Assembly (NCBI GenBank): GCA_964343505.1
Contig: CAYFJU010000005.1
Span: 1,669 to 65,668 of the forward strand
DNA: 64,000 bases
DNA from: an uncultured bacterium
GTDB lineage: Bacteria; Fidelibacterota; Marinisomatia; Marinisomatales; TCS55
Direction: 5' to 3'
The notes beneath the pieces are model-generated. The model had not been told where the DNA came from. It searched no databases and saw only the letters and a list, made by a program, of their open reading frames with translations. Shown here piece after piece: positions 18,602 to 26,342 of this stretch. Position numbers and translations under genes: made by a program. Numbering within the stretch: the stretch's first letter is position 1; every line of letters starts with the position of its first letter.

Positions 18602-20328
18602 CAATAGAAAACACCCAACATATTTATGACCTTGTGGGACTTTGTGCTGAGTTTGGCGTGGAGAAAGCAATGGTGTGTCCCGGTTCTCGGTGCGCCCCTT
18701 TGCTGATTGGCTTTGGAAAGCATCCATCTATTGAGACTATTTCAGTCACAGATGAACGGTCGGCTGGATTCATAGGATTAGGATTGGCTCAGCAGTCCGG
18801 GAAGCCTGTGGCGTTGGTCTGCACATCCGGGACAGCAGCCCTGAATTTCGCTCCGGCAGTGACAGAAGCATTTTACCAACATGTGCCATTGATTGTGCTC
18901 ACGGCAGATCGCCCGCCAGAATGGATTGACCAATGGGATGGGCAAACGATTCGTCAGAAACATATTTACATGGATCATGTGAAGGGGAGTTTTGTCTGTG
19001 ATGAAGAAAATGTGGATTTGGGGGAGAAGGCTTTGGCATTGGTACGGAATGACGCACCGGGGCCGGTGCATTTGAATATTCCGATTCGAGAGCCGTTTTA
19101 TCCGGAAACTTTTAGTGAAATTTCTTTTGCCCCAAAAGGCACCCGCCTTCGCTCTACTACGGACGGGCAAGCGAAGAACACGGAAAGTTTATTTGATAAA
19201 GTTGATGAATTGGTTTGGGGTGAGTTTGCATCCCTTTTGAATTCATCGGATAAGGTGATGGTTTTGGGTGGGCAGATGGAGCCGAGTGATGATTTGGTGG
19301 ATTTGCTTGATCAGTTGGATGTACCGGTTATTGGGGACGTTATTTCTAATTTGCATGGGGTGGATGGGGTAATCAAGTCTGCGGATCTCTTATTTAAAAA
19401 TGGAGTTACAACAAAAGGCCTGCCAGCCCTTCGGGAGCAGGCTGGCACAAAATTCACAAAAAGTTTTCAACCTGATTTTTTGGTTACGTTTGGGCGGTCG
19501 GTTATTTCAAAAAATCTGAAATTGTTTTTGAGACAATATAAACCAAAGGTCCATTGGCATATTGGATTGGGAATGGTAGGAAATCCGTTTCAATCTTTGA
19601 CCAGAATTGTAGAGGTAGAGCCGGTGGCATTTTTCAAAAAATGGGTGAATGAATTGGCCACAAAAGGCCTGCCAGCCCTTCGGGAGCAGGCTGGCACAGA
19701 AAGCACAAAAAGAAATGAATATTTGGATTTGTTTTTGGTCAATCAGAATGAACTGGATGAAGCGTTTGAGCAAAATCTAAACGATTCGGAGTTTAATTAT
19801 TTTTCTGCTGTCCGAAAAGTGATGAACCAACTCCCAAAACAATCTGTCCTGCATCTTGGGAATAGCATGCCGGTTCGCATTGCGAATTTGATTGGATTAG
19901 ATGATCCGACTGTTGATGTCTGGTGTAATCGCGGCACATCCGGAATTGATGGCATTCTTAGTACTACCGTGGGTCATGCTCTAGCCAACTCCAGCCGAAA
20001 ACACATACTCATCATCGGAGACTTATCTTTTTTTTACGATCGGAATGGATTGTGGTTAAATCATGAATTTCCTTCCAATTTGCAAATCGTTATTTTGAAT
20101 GATTCCGGTGGGGGCATTTTCAATATGATCCCCGGGCCGTCATCCCAAGGCGAATTAACCAAATTATTCACTACGCCCCACCATCGCACGGCGGAACTCA
20201 CGGCAAAAGAATTTGGATTGGACTATCGAACCGCCGCATCCTTGGAAGAAATTGATGTATGGAAAGCAGGTATCCTGGAAATATTTACGGACATGAAAAC
20301 AAACACGAAGGTTTTTAAAAATTTTTAA
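18577..20328 (+). CDS. menD: SEPHCHC synthase (2-succinyl-5-enolpyruvyl-6-hydroxy-3-cyclohexene-1-carboxylate synthase)
   Basis: 583-aa ORF with N-terminal VCPGSRCAPL and TSGTAALNFAPAV, and ThDP motif GDLSFFYDRNG...LNDSGGGIF. Carries two in-frame 17-aa insertions (see repeats at 19411 and 19660). Confidence 0.9.
   Translation: MNTSNTLTPIENTQHIYDLVGLCAEFGVEKAMVCPGSRCAPLLIGFGKHPSIETISVTDERSAGFIGLGLAQQSGKPVALVCTSGTAALNFAPAVTEAFYQHVPLIVLTADRPPEWIDQWDGQTIRQKHIYMDHVKGSFVCDEENVDLGEKALALVRNDAPGPVHLNIPIREPFYPETFSEISFAPKGTRLRSTTDGQAKNTESLFDKVDELVWGEFASLLNSSDKVMVLGGQMEPSDDLVDLLDQLDVPVIGDVISNLHGVDGVIKSADLLFKNGVTTKGLPALREQAGTKFTKSFQPDFLVTFGRSVISKNLKLFLRQYKPKVHWHIGLGMVGNPFQSLTRIVEVEPVAFFKKWVNELATKGLPALREQAGTESTKRNEYLDLFLVNQNELDEAFEQNLNDSEFNYFSAVRKVMNQLPKQSVLHLGNSMPVRIANLIGLDDPTVDVWCNRGTSGIDGILSTTVGHALANSSRKHILIIGDLSFFYDRNGLWLNHEFPSNLQIVILNDSGGGIFNMIPGPSSQGELTKLFTTPHHRTAELTAKEFGLDYRTAASLEEIDVWKAGILEIFTDMKTNTKVFKNF
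19411..19463 (+). repeat. 53-nt GC-rich palindromic element, in-frame copy 1 inside menD
   Basis: ACAAAAGGCCTGCCAGCCCTTCGGGAGCAGGCTGGCACAAAATTCACAAAAAG. Stem TGCCAGCC/GGCTGGCA. Translates to TKGLPALREQAGTKFTK. Confidence 0.85.
19660..19712 (+). repeat. 53-nt GC-rich palindromic element, in-frame copy 2 inside menD
   Basis: 50/53 identical to 19411-19463 and exactly 249 nt downstream. Translates to TKGLPALREQAGTESTK. Confidence 0.85.
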
Positions 20329-20392
20329 GTGTTTCCGTGTTCAGATGTTCTCGATCATGAACACAGCGACACGTGAACACTCTAACACTTTA
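20329..20392 (+). repeat. inverted pair of 8-nt-phased pentamer arrays filling the menD-menB spacer
   Basis: GTGTT at 20329 and 20337, ATGTT at 20345. Then AACAC at 20360, GACAC at 20368, AACAC at 20376 and 20384. 20368-20392 is identical to 21291-21315. Confidence 0.75.
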
Positions 20393-20406
20393 TTAAGGAG
20401 TAAACT

Positions 20407-21231
20407 ATGAATTGGAAACAGAACTGGGAAACCATCAGAGAATATGATGAAATCACATTCGAGTTTTTTGAAGGGATTGCCAAAATCAGCATCAATCGGC
20501 CGGAGAAACATAATGCTTTTACACCGCAAACGGTGAAAGAAATGATTGACGCCATGAACATTTGCAGGGACGACACAAATATCGAAGTCATCGTATTTAC
20601 CGGCGAAGGGGGCAAGGCCTTTTGCAGTGGCGGAGATCAGGGCGTACGGGGTCATGGTGGTTACGTGGGCAAAGATGAAGTCCCGCGACTGAATGTACTG
20701 GATCTTCAAAAACAGATTCGATCCATTCCAAAAGCCGTAATCGCAGCCGTAGCTGGTTGGTCTATCGGCGGTGGCCATGTGCTCCATGTGGTGTGTGATT
20801 TAACTATTGCAGCGGAAAATGCCATGTTTGGCCAAACTGGTCCGAAAGTGGGATCGTTCGACGGTGGATTCGGGGCATCATATTTAGCAAGAAGTGTGGG
20901 ACAGAAAAAAGCGCGTGAAATCTGGTTCTTATGTGATCAATATGATGCTCAACAAGCGTTGGATATGGGTTTGGTGAACACGGTTGTTCCTTTGGATGAA
21001 TTGGAAGATACCTTCATTGCATGGGCGAAAAAGATTCAAGAAAAATCACCCTTAGCCATTCGTATGTTAAAAGCGTCTTTCAATGCAGAGTTAGATGGTC
21101 AGGCCGGAATCCAGGAATTGGCAGGGAATTCCACCTTGCTTTATTATTTATCCGATGAAGCGAAGGAAGGGAAAAATGCCTTTATGGAGAAACGTAAACC
21201 GGACTTTTCGAAATATCCCAAGTTCCCTTGA
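20407..21231 (+). CDS. menB: 1,4-dihydroxy-2-naphthoyl-CoA synthase
   Basis: 274-aa crotonase-fold ORF with [33 protein letters not shown] and a C-terminal [13 protein letters not shown] tail. SD AAGGAG upstream. Confidence 0.95.
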   Translation: MNWKQNWETIREYDEITFEFFEGIAKISINRPEKHNAFTPQTVKEMIDAMNICRDDTNIEVIVFTGEGGKAFCSGGDQGVRGHGGYVGKDEVPRLNVLDLQKQIRSIPKAVIAAVAGWSIGGGHVLHVVCDLTIAAENAMFGQTGPKVGSFDGGFGASYLARSVGQKKAREIWFLCDQYDAQQALDMGLVNTVVPLDELEDTFIAWAKKIQEKSPLAIRMLKASFNAELDGQAGIQELAGNSTLLYYLSDEAKEGKNAFMEKRKPDFSKYPKFP

Positions 21232-21252
21232 TTCGAGGTGTTCTTGTTGATT

Positions 21253-21319
21253 TGTGTTCACGTGTTCGTAACGTAAAAAGGAAAATCCTTTGACACGTGA
21301 ACACTCTAACACTTTAACA
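21253..21319 (+). repeat. inverted pentamer arrays in the menB-menA spacer (12-bp perfect IR plus 4 phased AACAC units)
   Basis: GTGTTCACGTGT (21253-21264) is the reverse complement of ACACGTGAACAC (21292-21303). GACAC/AACAC units sit at 21291, 21299, 21307 and 21315. Confidence 0.75.
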
Positions 21320-21330
21320 CAATTTTTATT

Positions 21331-22218
21331 ATGAAATGGATTAACGCATTCCGGCTTCGAACTCTCCCCTTGGCCTTTTCCTGTATCATTATGGGCAGTG
21401 GATTGGCTATGGCGGATGGGCAGTTCAACTCGATTGTATTCGTCTTGGCATTGGTAACCACTTTATTCCTGCAAATCCTTTCAAACCTTGCCAATGATTA
21501 TGGTGATTTCATGAAAGGAACGGATAATGAAGACAGGGTTGGCCCGGACAGAACCATGCAATCAGGACTCATCACCAAGAGTGAAATGATCAAAGCCATG
21601 TGGATGATTGCGCTTCTATGTTCCATATTCGGTGTGTGGCTCATTTATGAAGGAACCATTGGGTTAGATCTGAAAAAGGCGGGACTCTTTGCCATCCTTG
21701 GGCTCACTGCCATGGGTGCGGCGGTGAAATATACAATGGGGAAAAATCCGTATGGCTATGCTGGGCTTGGGGATATTTTTGTTTTTCTATTCTTCGGTTG
21801 GCTGGGTGTGATGGGTTCTTACTTTTTGCATACCCATTCCTTTGACTGGGAATTGCTCCTGCCCGCTTCATCCATTGGATTGTTCACCACAGCCGTTTTG
21901 AATATCAACAATATGCGGGATCATGAAGCGGATGCAAAGTCCGGGAAAAATACATTAGTTGTACGAATCGGATTGGAACAGGCCAAATTATATCATAAAG
22001 TGTTGATCTTTGGCGGGATTCTTCTGGCGTTGGCCTATGTGATCCCCAGTAAGGATTATGCCCATTATCTTTTTCTCGTCACCTTCCCCTTATTTTTTAG
22101 TGCTGTGCAAGATATCAAATGCAGGCCTGATTTTCAGAACTTTGATCCATTCCTGAAAAAACAAGCCATCGCGACCTTTCTGTTTTCCATATTGTTTGTG
22201 GTGGGATTAATTCTATGA
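21331..22218 (+). CDS. menA: 1,4-dihydroxy-2-naphthoate polyprenyltransferase
   Basis: 295-aa polytopic UbiA-family ORF with NDYGDFMKG and NNMRDHEADAKSGKNT motifs. Confidence 0.9.
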   Translation: MKWINAFRLRTLPLAFSCIIMGSGLAMADGQFNSIVFVLALVTTLFLQILSNLANDYGDFMKGTDNEDRVGPDRTMQSGLITKSEMIKAMWMIALLCSIFGVWLIYEGTIGLDLKKAGLFAILGLTAMGAAVKYTMGKNPYGYAGLGDIFVFLFFGWLGVMGSYFLHTHSFDWELLLPASSIGLFTTAVLNINNMRDHEADAKSGKNTLVVRIGLEQAKLYHKVLIFGGILLALAYVIPSKDYAHYLFLVTFPLFFSAVQDIKCRPDFQNFDPFLKKQAIATFLFSILFVVGLIL

Positions 22219-22290
22219 TTCAGCCACGAAGACACGGAAATACGAAGAATAAATTATCTTGGCGTCTCTGCGCCTTTGCGTAAGAATAAA

Positions 22291-24249
22291 ATGAAAGCCC
22301 ATTGGACCAAACGAACACTCTATTTTAAACAATCAGCAGGCACATCTCGGGGTATCATGAAAACTCGGGATGTTTGGCTGATCACCTTGTCCAAAGATGG
22401 CATTATTGGTATTGGTGAATGTGCACCGTTGCCGGGATTGAGCATTGATAATCTGGATCAAATAGAATCTAAACTGGATAAAGTCTGCAGGGATCCAAAT
22501 CACTATTTGAATGACTTACCTCAACTGATTGAATTCCCTTCCATTCGATTTGGTTTAGAAATGGCACAATTGGATTTGATGAATGGGGGTGGACAAAATT
22601 ATTTTCATGAATTTTCGCCCATTGATATTAATGGATTGATCTGGATGGGCGATCCGGATTTCATGATGCGCCAATTTGAACAGAAATTGGTGGAAGGGTG
22701 GAAATGTCTTAAAATGAAAATCGGCGCCTTGGATTTTGAAAAAGAATTGGAAATCCTGCGTTTCATTCGATCTAGATTTAACCAAAACAAATTGGAACTC
22801 CGCGTGGATGCCAATGGTGCATTTTCAAAAAGGGATGTCCATGAAAAACTGGATCAATTGGCCCCCTTGGGGCTTCACTCCATCGAGCAACCCATCAAAC
22901 CGGGGCAGTGGGACTTGCTTTCTAAATTATGTCAATCGTCACGCGTTCCCATTGCCTTGGATGAAGAATTGATTCCCCTAGTATGTGAAGATGACAGAGT
23001 TGCAATGCTGGACAAAGTGAATCCCCAATACTTGGTTCTGAAACCGAGTTTGTTGGGCGGATTTTCAGAATCTGAAAAATGGATTCAACTGGCAAAAGAG
23101 CGAAATATTGGTTGGTGGGTGACTTCGGCACTGGAATCCAATATCGGTTTAAATGCGATTGGTCAATGGACATCCAAATTGAAGCCAAAGGGATTTCAAG
23201 GACTGGGAACCGGGCAGCTATTTATAAAAAATATTCCATCCAATTTGACCGTTAACGGGGGAGAATTATCAAAGGACCCATCTCCCATCTGGGATGATGT
23301 GAATCGTTTCATCTCCGAATGGTTTAGTCTTGGGGATACCATGACGCTTCAGACATCCGGCTCCACCGGGAAGCCCAAATCCATTTCGGTGCAAAAAGAA
23401 TTGATGCAAAATTCTACCGAACTCACAGGAAAAACATTTGGATTAAAAGCCGGGGAGTCCACTTTACTCTGCATGCCCATGAAATTTGTGGCGGGGAAAA
23501 TGATGGTGGTTCGTGCCTTGGAATTGGGCTTGGATTTAAAGGTGGTGGAGCCATCATCCACACCGCTGGACGGCATGAATGAATCCATTGATTTTGCTGC
23601 CATGGTCCCGTTGCAATTAGAGAATTCTTTGGACCATTTAAATAAAGTAAAAACGCTCATTGTAGGTGGGGGACAGGTGAACCCTACCTTGATTAAATCT
23701 TTGGAGTCCATTTCGACCCAGGTTTTTGAATCCTACGGCATGACGGAAACATTGACCCACGTGGCCATCAAACCATTGAATGGCCCCCAAAAATCTGACT
23801 TATTTCACGCACTCGATGGTATTCATTTTGAAACCGATGATCGGGGTTGTTTGGCCATCCACGCGCCCATGCTCAATCCAAACCCAATTGTGACCAACGA
23901 CTTGGTTGAATGTGTCAACGAAAAATTCTTTCGCTGGTTGGGGCGAATTGACAATGTGATTAATTCCGGGGGCATCAAAATTATCCCGGAAGTAGTGGAA
24001 GCAAAACTAACTGCATCCATTCCGGATCGGCGGTTTTTTATCGCCGGCATACCTGATGAATCTATGGGTGAAAAAGTAGTGTTGGTGGTGGAAGGGGATG
24101 AAACAGAGATTAAACTTGATTCGCTGGATAAATTTGAACAGCCGAAAGAGATTTATTATGTTTCTGAATTCTCAGAAACACCATCCGGGAAAATCCATCG
24201 GGAACAATCCTCGAGATTTATTGCGAGAGATAAACGGCCCCCCGCGTAG
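22291..24249 (+). CDS. menC/menE: fused o-succinylbenzoate synthase (MenC, N-terminal ~325 aa) and o-succinylbenzoate-CoA ligase (MenE, C-terminal ~320 aa)
   Basis: One uninterrupted ORF, open from TTG 22276 with ATG at 22291. Enolase-superfamily motifs LKMKIG, RVDANGAF, IEQPI, ALDEEL, LVLKPS. Then ANL motifs QTSGSTGKPK, ESYGMTET, SGGIKIIPEVVE, PSGKIHR. Confidence 0.85.
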   Translation: MKAHWTKRTLYFKQSAGTSRGIMKTRDVWLITLSKDGIIGIGECAPLPGLSIDNLDQIESKLDKVCRDPNHYLNDLPQLIEFPSIRFGLEMAQLDLMNGGGQNYFHEFSPIDINGLIWMGDPDFMMRQFEQKLVEGWKCLKMKIGALDFEKELEILRFIRSRFNQNKLELRVDANGAFSKRDVHEKLDQLAPLGLHSIEQPIKPGQWDLLSKLCQSSRVPIALDEELIPLVCEDDRVAMLDKVNPQYLVLKPSLLGGFSESEKWIQLAKERNIGWWVTSALESNIGLNAIGQWTSKLKPKGFQGLGTGQLFIKNIPSNLTVNGGELSKDPSPIWDDVNRFISEWFSLGDTMTLQTSGSTGKPKSISVQKELMQNSTELTGKTFGLKAGESTLLCMPMKFVAGKMMVVRALELGLDLKVVEPSSTPLDGMNESIDFAAMVPLQLENSLDHLNKVKTLIVGGGQVNPTLIKSLESISTQVFESYGMTETLTHVAIKPLNGPQKSDLFHALDGIHFETDDRGCLAIHAPMLNPNPIVTNDLVECVNEKFFRWLGRIDNVINSGGIKIIPEVVEAKLTASIPDRRFFIAGIPDESMGEKVVLVVEGDETEIKLDSLDKFEQPKEIYYVSEFSETPSGKIHREQSSRFIARDKRPPA

Positions 24250-24294
24250 GGAGGCCGTTTTGAGAGGTAGGAAGCCTCCGTTGAGAGGCCTCTC
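24250..24294. terminator. GC-rich structured spacer between convergent menC/E and flavodoxin, possible bidirectional terminator
   Basis: GGAGGC (24250-55) pairs with GCCTCC (24274-79), plus the palindrome GAGAGGCCTCTC (24283-94). There is no clear U-tract. Confidence 0.35.
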
Positions 24295-24297
24295 GAT

Positions 24298-24834
24298 TCA
24301 AACCAAATCTTTGGCCATTTCCGGGGAAAATTCTTCCACCAGAAGTTGGACCCAAATAATGATCCGTTCTTCTGTTTCTTCTTCCTGGTTATCCTGGTCA
24401 ATGGCGAGTCCTAAAAATTCATCTCCACCCATCGCTTCGGACATATCAAAATCGTACCCTTCTATGAGCTAGCGACCCAATAAAATTCCCCCGTTCCGGA
24501 TGGACGGTTTCGCCAGGATTCCAATGGCGTCTACAAAATTATCTGAATAACCCACTTGGTTTCCCAATCCCATAAATGCTGCTGTTTTGCCGGTGAAATC
24601 CAATTCCTTGTATTGATGAAATAGACCGTCCCAGTCGTCTTGGAGTTCACCCACATTCCATGTGGGGCAGGCGATGATAATCTTATCATATTTCATTAGC
24701 CTGTCTACACCGCAGGAGGCCACATCATATTCATCCACCGGTAGGCCTTCTGCCTCCAAATTTTCTTTAGGGATGCCAACCACTTCTTCCGTGGCGCCAG
24801 TATTGCTGCCCCAAAAAATGCCAAGTTTTTTCAA
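24298..24834 (-). pseudogene. fldA: long-chain flavodoxin interrupted by one in-frame TAG (24469-24471)
   Basis: TTG start at 24834, 6 nt after AAGGAG, gives (M)KKLGIFWGSNTGATE... The reading ...GGILLGR-TAG-LIEGYDFDMSEAMGGDEFLGLAIDQDNQ...WVQLL continues in the same frame to TGA at 24298. I checked the frame codon by codon. Confidence 0.75.
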
Positions 24835-25089
24835 AGCAATCTCCTTAATGATATAGGGTGTATGAAATAAATTGTGTATAAGTATCTGGTCCATTATTAA
24901 ATAAATTGAGACGCAATCTAAATATAATATTTAATTCATGCTTAAAATTGTGAAAAATTTTTTACCTCGAAATCCCATAATTAGTCCTCTATTTCAAAAT
25001 TAACATTTTAATTTATGCTTAAGGTTTTAATAAATTCTGAAGTAGCACGTTTTTTTCAGCAGGGAAGAATATTAACACAGATTGATTCA

Positions 25090-25103
25090 AATACACGTGT
25101 ATT
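25090..25103. promoter_or_regulatory. perfect 14-bp palindrome AATACACGTGTATT, candidate LacI-family operator
   Basis: Lies in the 480-nt AT-rich divergent spacer between the flavodoxin and LacI genes. A second near-copy is at 25244-25257. Confidence 0.45.
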
Positions 25104-25243
25104 AAGATGATTCTACTTGAATGCACATAAAAACACAAAGCGTAAAAAGTAAAATAAATATTATTTCTTCTCTTAAATAGTTGAAAAATAGGGTAGAATG
25201 ATTTTTGCAATTATGAATTAACCGAGTATATCTATTGAAAGAT

Positions 25244-25257
25244 AATACACGTGTGTG
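25244..25257. promoter_or_regulatory. second operator-like site AATACACGTGTGTG (12/14 match)
   Basis: Sits 61 nt upstream of the LacI ATG at 25318 and 154 nt from the first site. Confidence 0.4.
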
Positions 25258-25317
25258 GTAATTTGTGCAGTCAGTTAACCCGTAAATCTAATTTTAAATA
25301 CAAATCTTTGAATAATA

Positions 25318-26316
25318 ATGGCCTTCACAATTAAAGATATCGCCAAACTTGCCGGAGTGTCACATCCGGTTGTTTCCCGTGCCTTACGGGGACAGCCTGG
25401 CGTAGCAAAAAAAACCATAGAACGGATCCAAAAAATCGCCGATGATTTAGGATATGAGCCCAACGTAACTGCCCAGAGTTTGAAAACAGGGTCATCTAAA
25501 ACCATAGGCATTATTGTAACAGATATTTCCATTCCCTTTTATGCGTCCATTTGTCGTCACGTTGAAAGAAAGGTCCTCGAAAAAGGATACCATTTAATGA
25601 TGTGCAGTTCTGAGCGAGACCCCCGTTTAGAAGATCAATTAATCCAGACACTGCTCAACCGGCAAATATCAGGTCTCATTATTTCCTCAAGGCGTGCCCA
25701 TAGCGATAAAATTGCCAGTTTAAAGAAAAGAGGTATTCCTTTTATTCTAATGGATCGTTACATGGCGCACATTGAAAGCAGTTATGTGGTTTCTGACAAC
25801 ACCACGGGCAGCCAGGAAATGGTTGAGTACTTGATTAGTAAAGGACATAAAAAAATCGCTTATTTTTCAAGATTGGGTGAGGAACTCACATCTATTAGTG
25901 AACGTGAAGCAGGTTATGAAAAAGCGCTTAACGCCCATGGAATCCCTGTCCGGCAAAATCTTATCCGTAGTGTTGACCTTGAACGATTAGAAGAAACGAC
26001 ACGGGCCAATGTTGAAGATATCGTCAAAAATAATTTGGCCACGGCGATATACTCCGGTGATAGTGGTATAACCACCAAAATATTTCAATATTTACAGGAA
26101 ATGAAAATTCGGATTCCGGAAGATATGGCTTTGGCCAGTTTTGATCACATTGACATATTCGATTATTTGAATCCAAGCATCACTGCCATGGCTCAGAATG
26201 AAGAACAGATAGGGTACGAGACGGCCAGAATCTTATTGGTGCATTTGGAGAATAAAAATGCTGAAATTGAATGCGTAAAGATTCCAACATCGCTCGTTAT
26301 CCAACAGTCGACCTAA
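25318..26316 (+). CDS. LacI family transcriptional regulator
   Basis: 332-aa ORF. HTH MAFTIKDIAKLAGVSHPVVSRALRG and a periplasmic-binding-protein-like effector domain. Confidence 0.9.
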   Translation: MAFTIKDIAKLAGVSHPVVSRALRGQPGVAKKTIERIQKIADDLGYEPNVTAQSLKTGSSKTIGIIVTDISIPFYASICRHVERKVLEKGYHLMMCSSERDPRLEDQLIQTLLNRQISGLIISSRRAHSDKIASLKKRGIPFILMDRYMAHIESSYVVSDNTTGSQEMVEYLISKGHKKIAYFSRLGEELTSISEREAGYEKALNAHGIPVRQNLIRSVDLERLEETTRANVEDIVKNNLATAIYSGDSGITTKIFQYLQEMKIRIPEDMALASFDHIDIFDYLNPSITAMAQNEEQIGYETARILLVHLENKNAEIECVKIPTSLVIQQST

Positions 26317-26342
26317 CGATATTTTTTGACCCTTTCATCCGT

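Noticed and set aside
19411-19712. The two menD repeats as a mini-CRISPR array
   Set aside because: There are only two copies, 249 nt apart, both inside a conserved ORF and in frame. No cas genes or leader are present.
20341-20787. 148-aa minus-strand ORF antisense to menB
   Set aside because: It overlaps a strongly conserved crotonase-fold MenB reading frame and carries no recognisable motifs. It is a typical shadow ORF.
21289-21317. Reading the menA-proximal AACAC array as a sigma70 promoter (TTGACA-N17-TTTAAC)
   Set aside because: The -35 hexamer is perfect only in the menA copy. The menB and menD copies have GCGACA and TAACAC. The implied transcription start would remove the menB SD. 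I keep this only as an alternative explanation under the array finding.
24469-24471. In-frame TAG in flavodoxin as pyrrolysine or programmed recoding
   Set aside because: No pyl genes or recoding signals are visible. The codon aligns with a conserved Trp (TGG to TAG is one transition), so a nonsense mutation or a base-call error is the simpler explanation.
24098-24472. 124-aa plus-strand ORF bridging the menC/E 3' end and the spacer
   Set aside because: Its first part is an alternative frame of menE. Its second part is antisense to the flavodoxin C-terminal segment, which translates as conserved flavodoxin sequence on the minus strand.
25019-25210. 63-aa minus-strand ORF in the flavodoxin-LacI spacer
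   Set aside because: The region is AT-rich and promoter-like. The product is rich in Phe, Ile and Asn, as expected from composition alone.
26271-26342. N-terminal extension of the first sulfatase overlapping the LacI gene by 46 nt
   Set aside because: The internal ATG at 26343 gives a canonical signal peptide. The extension is hydrophilic and overlaps the regulator's conserved C-terminus.
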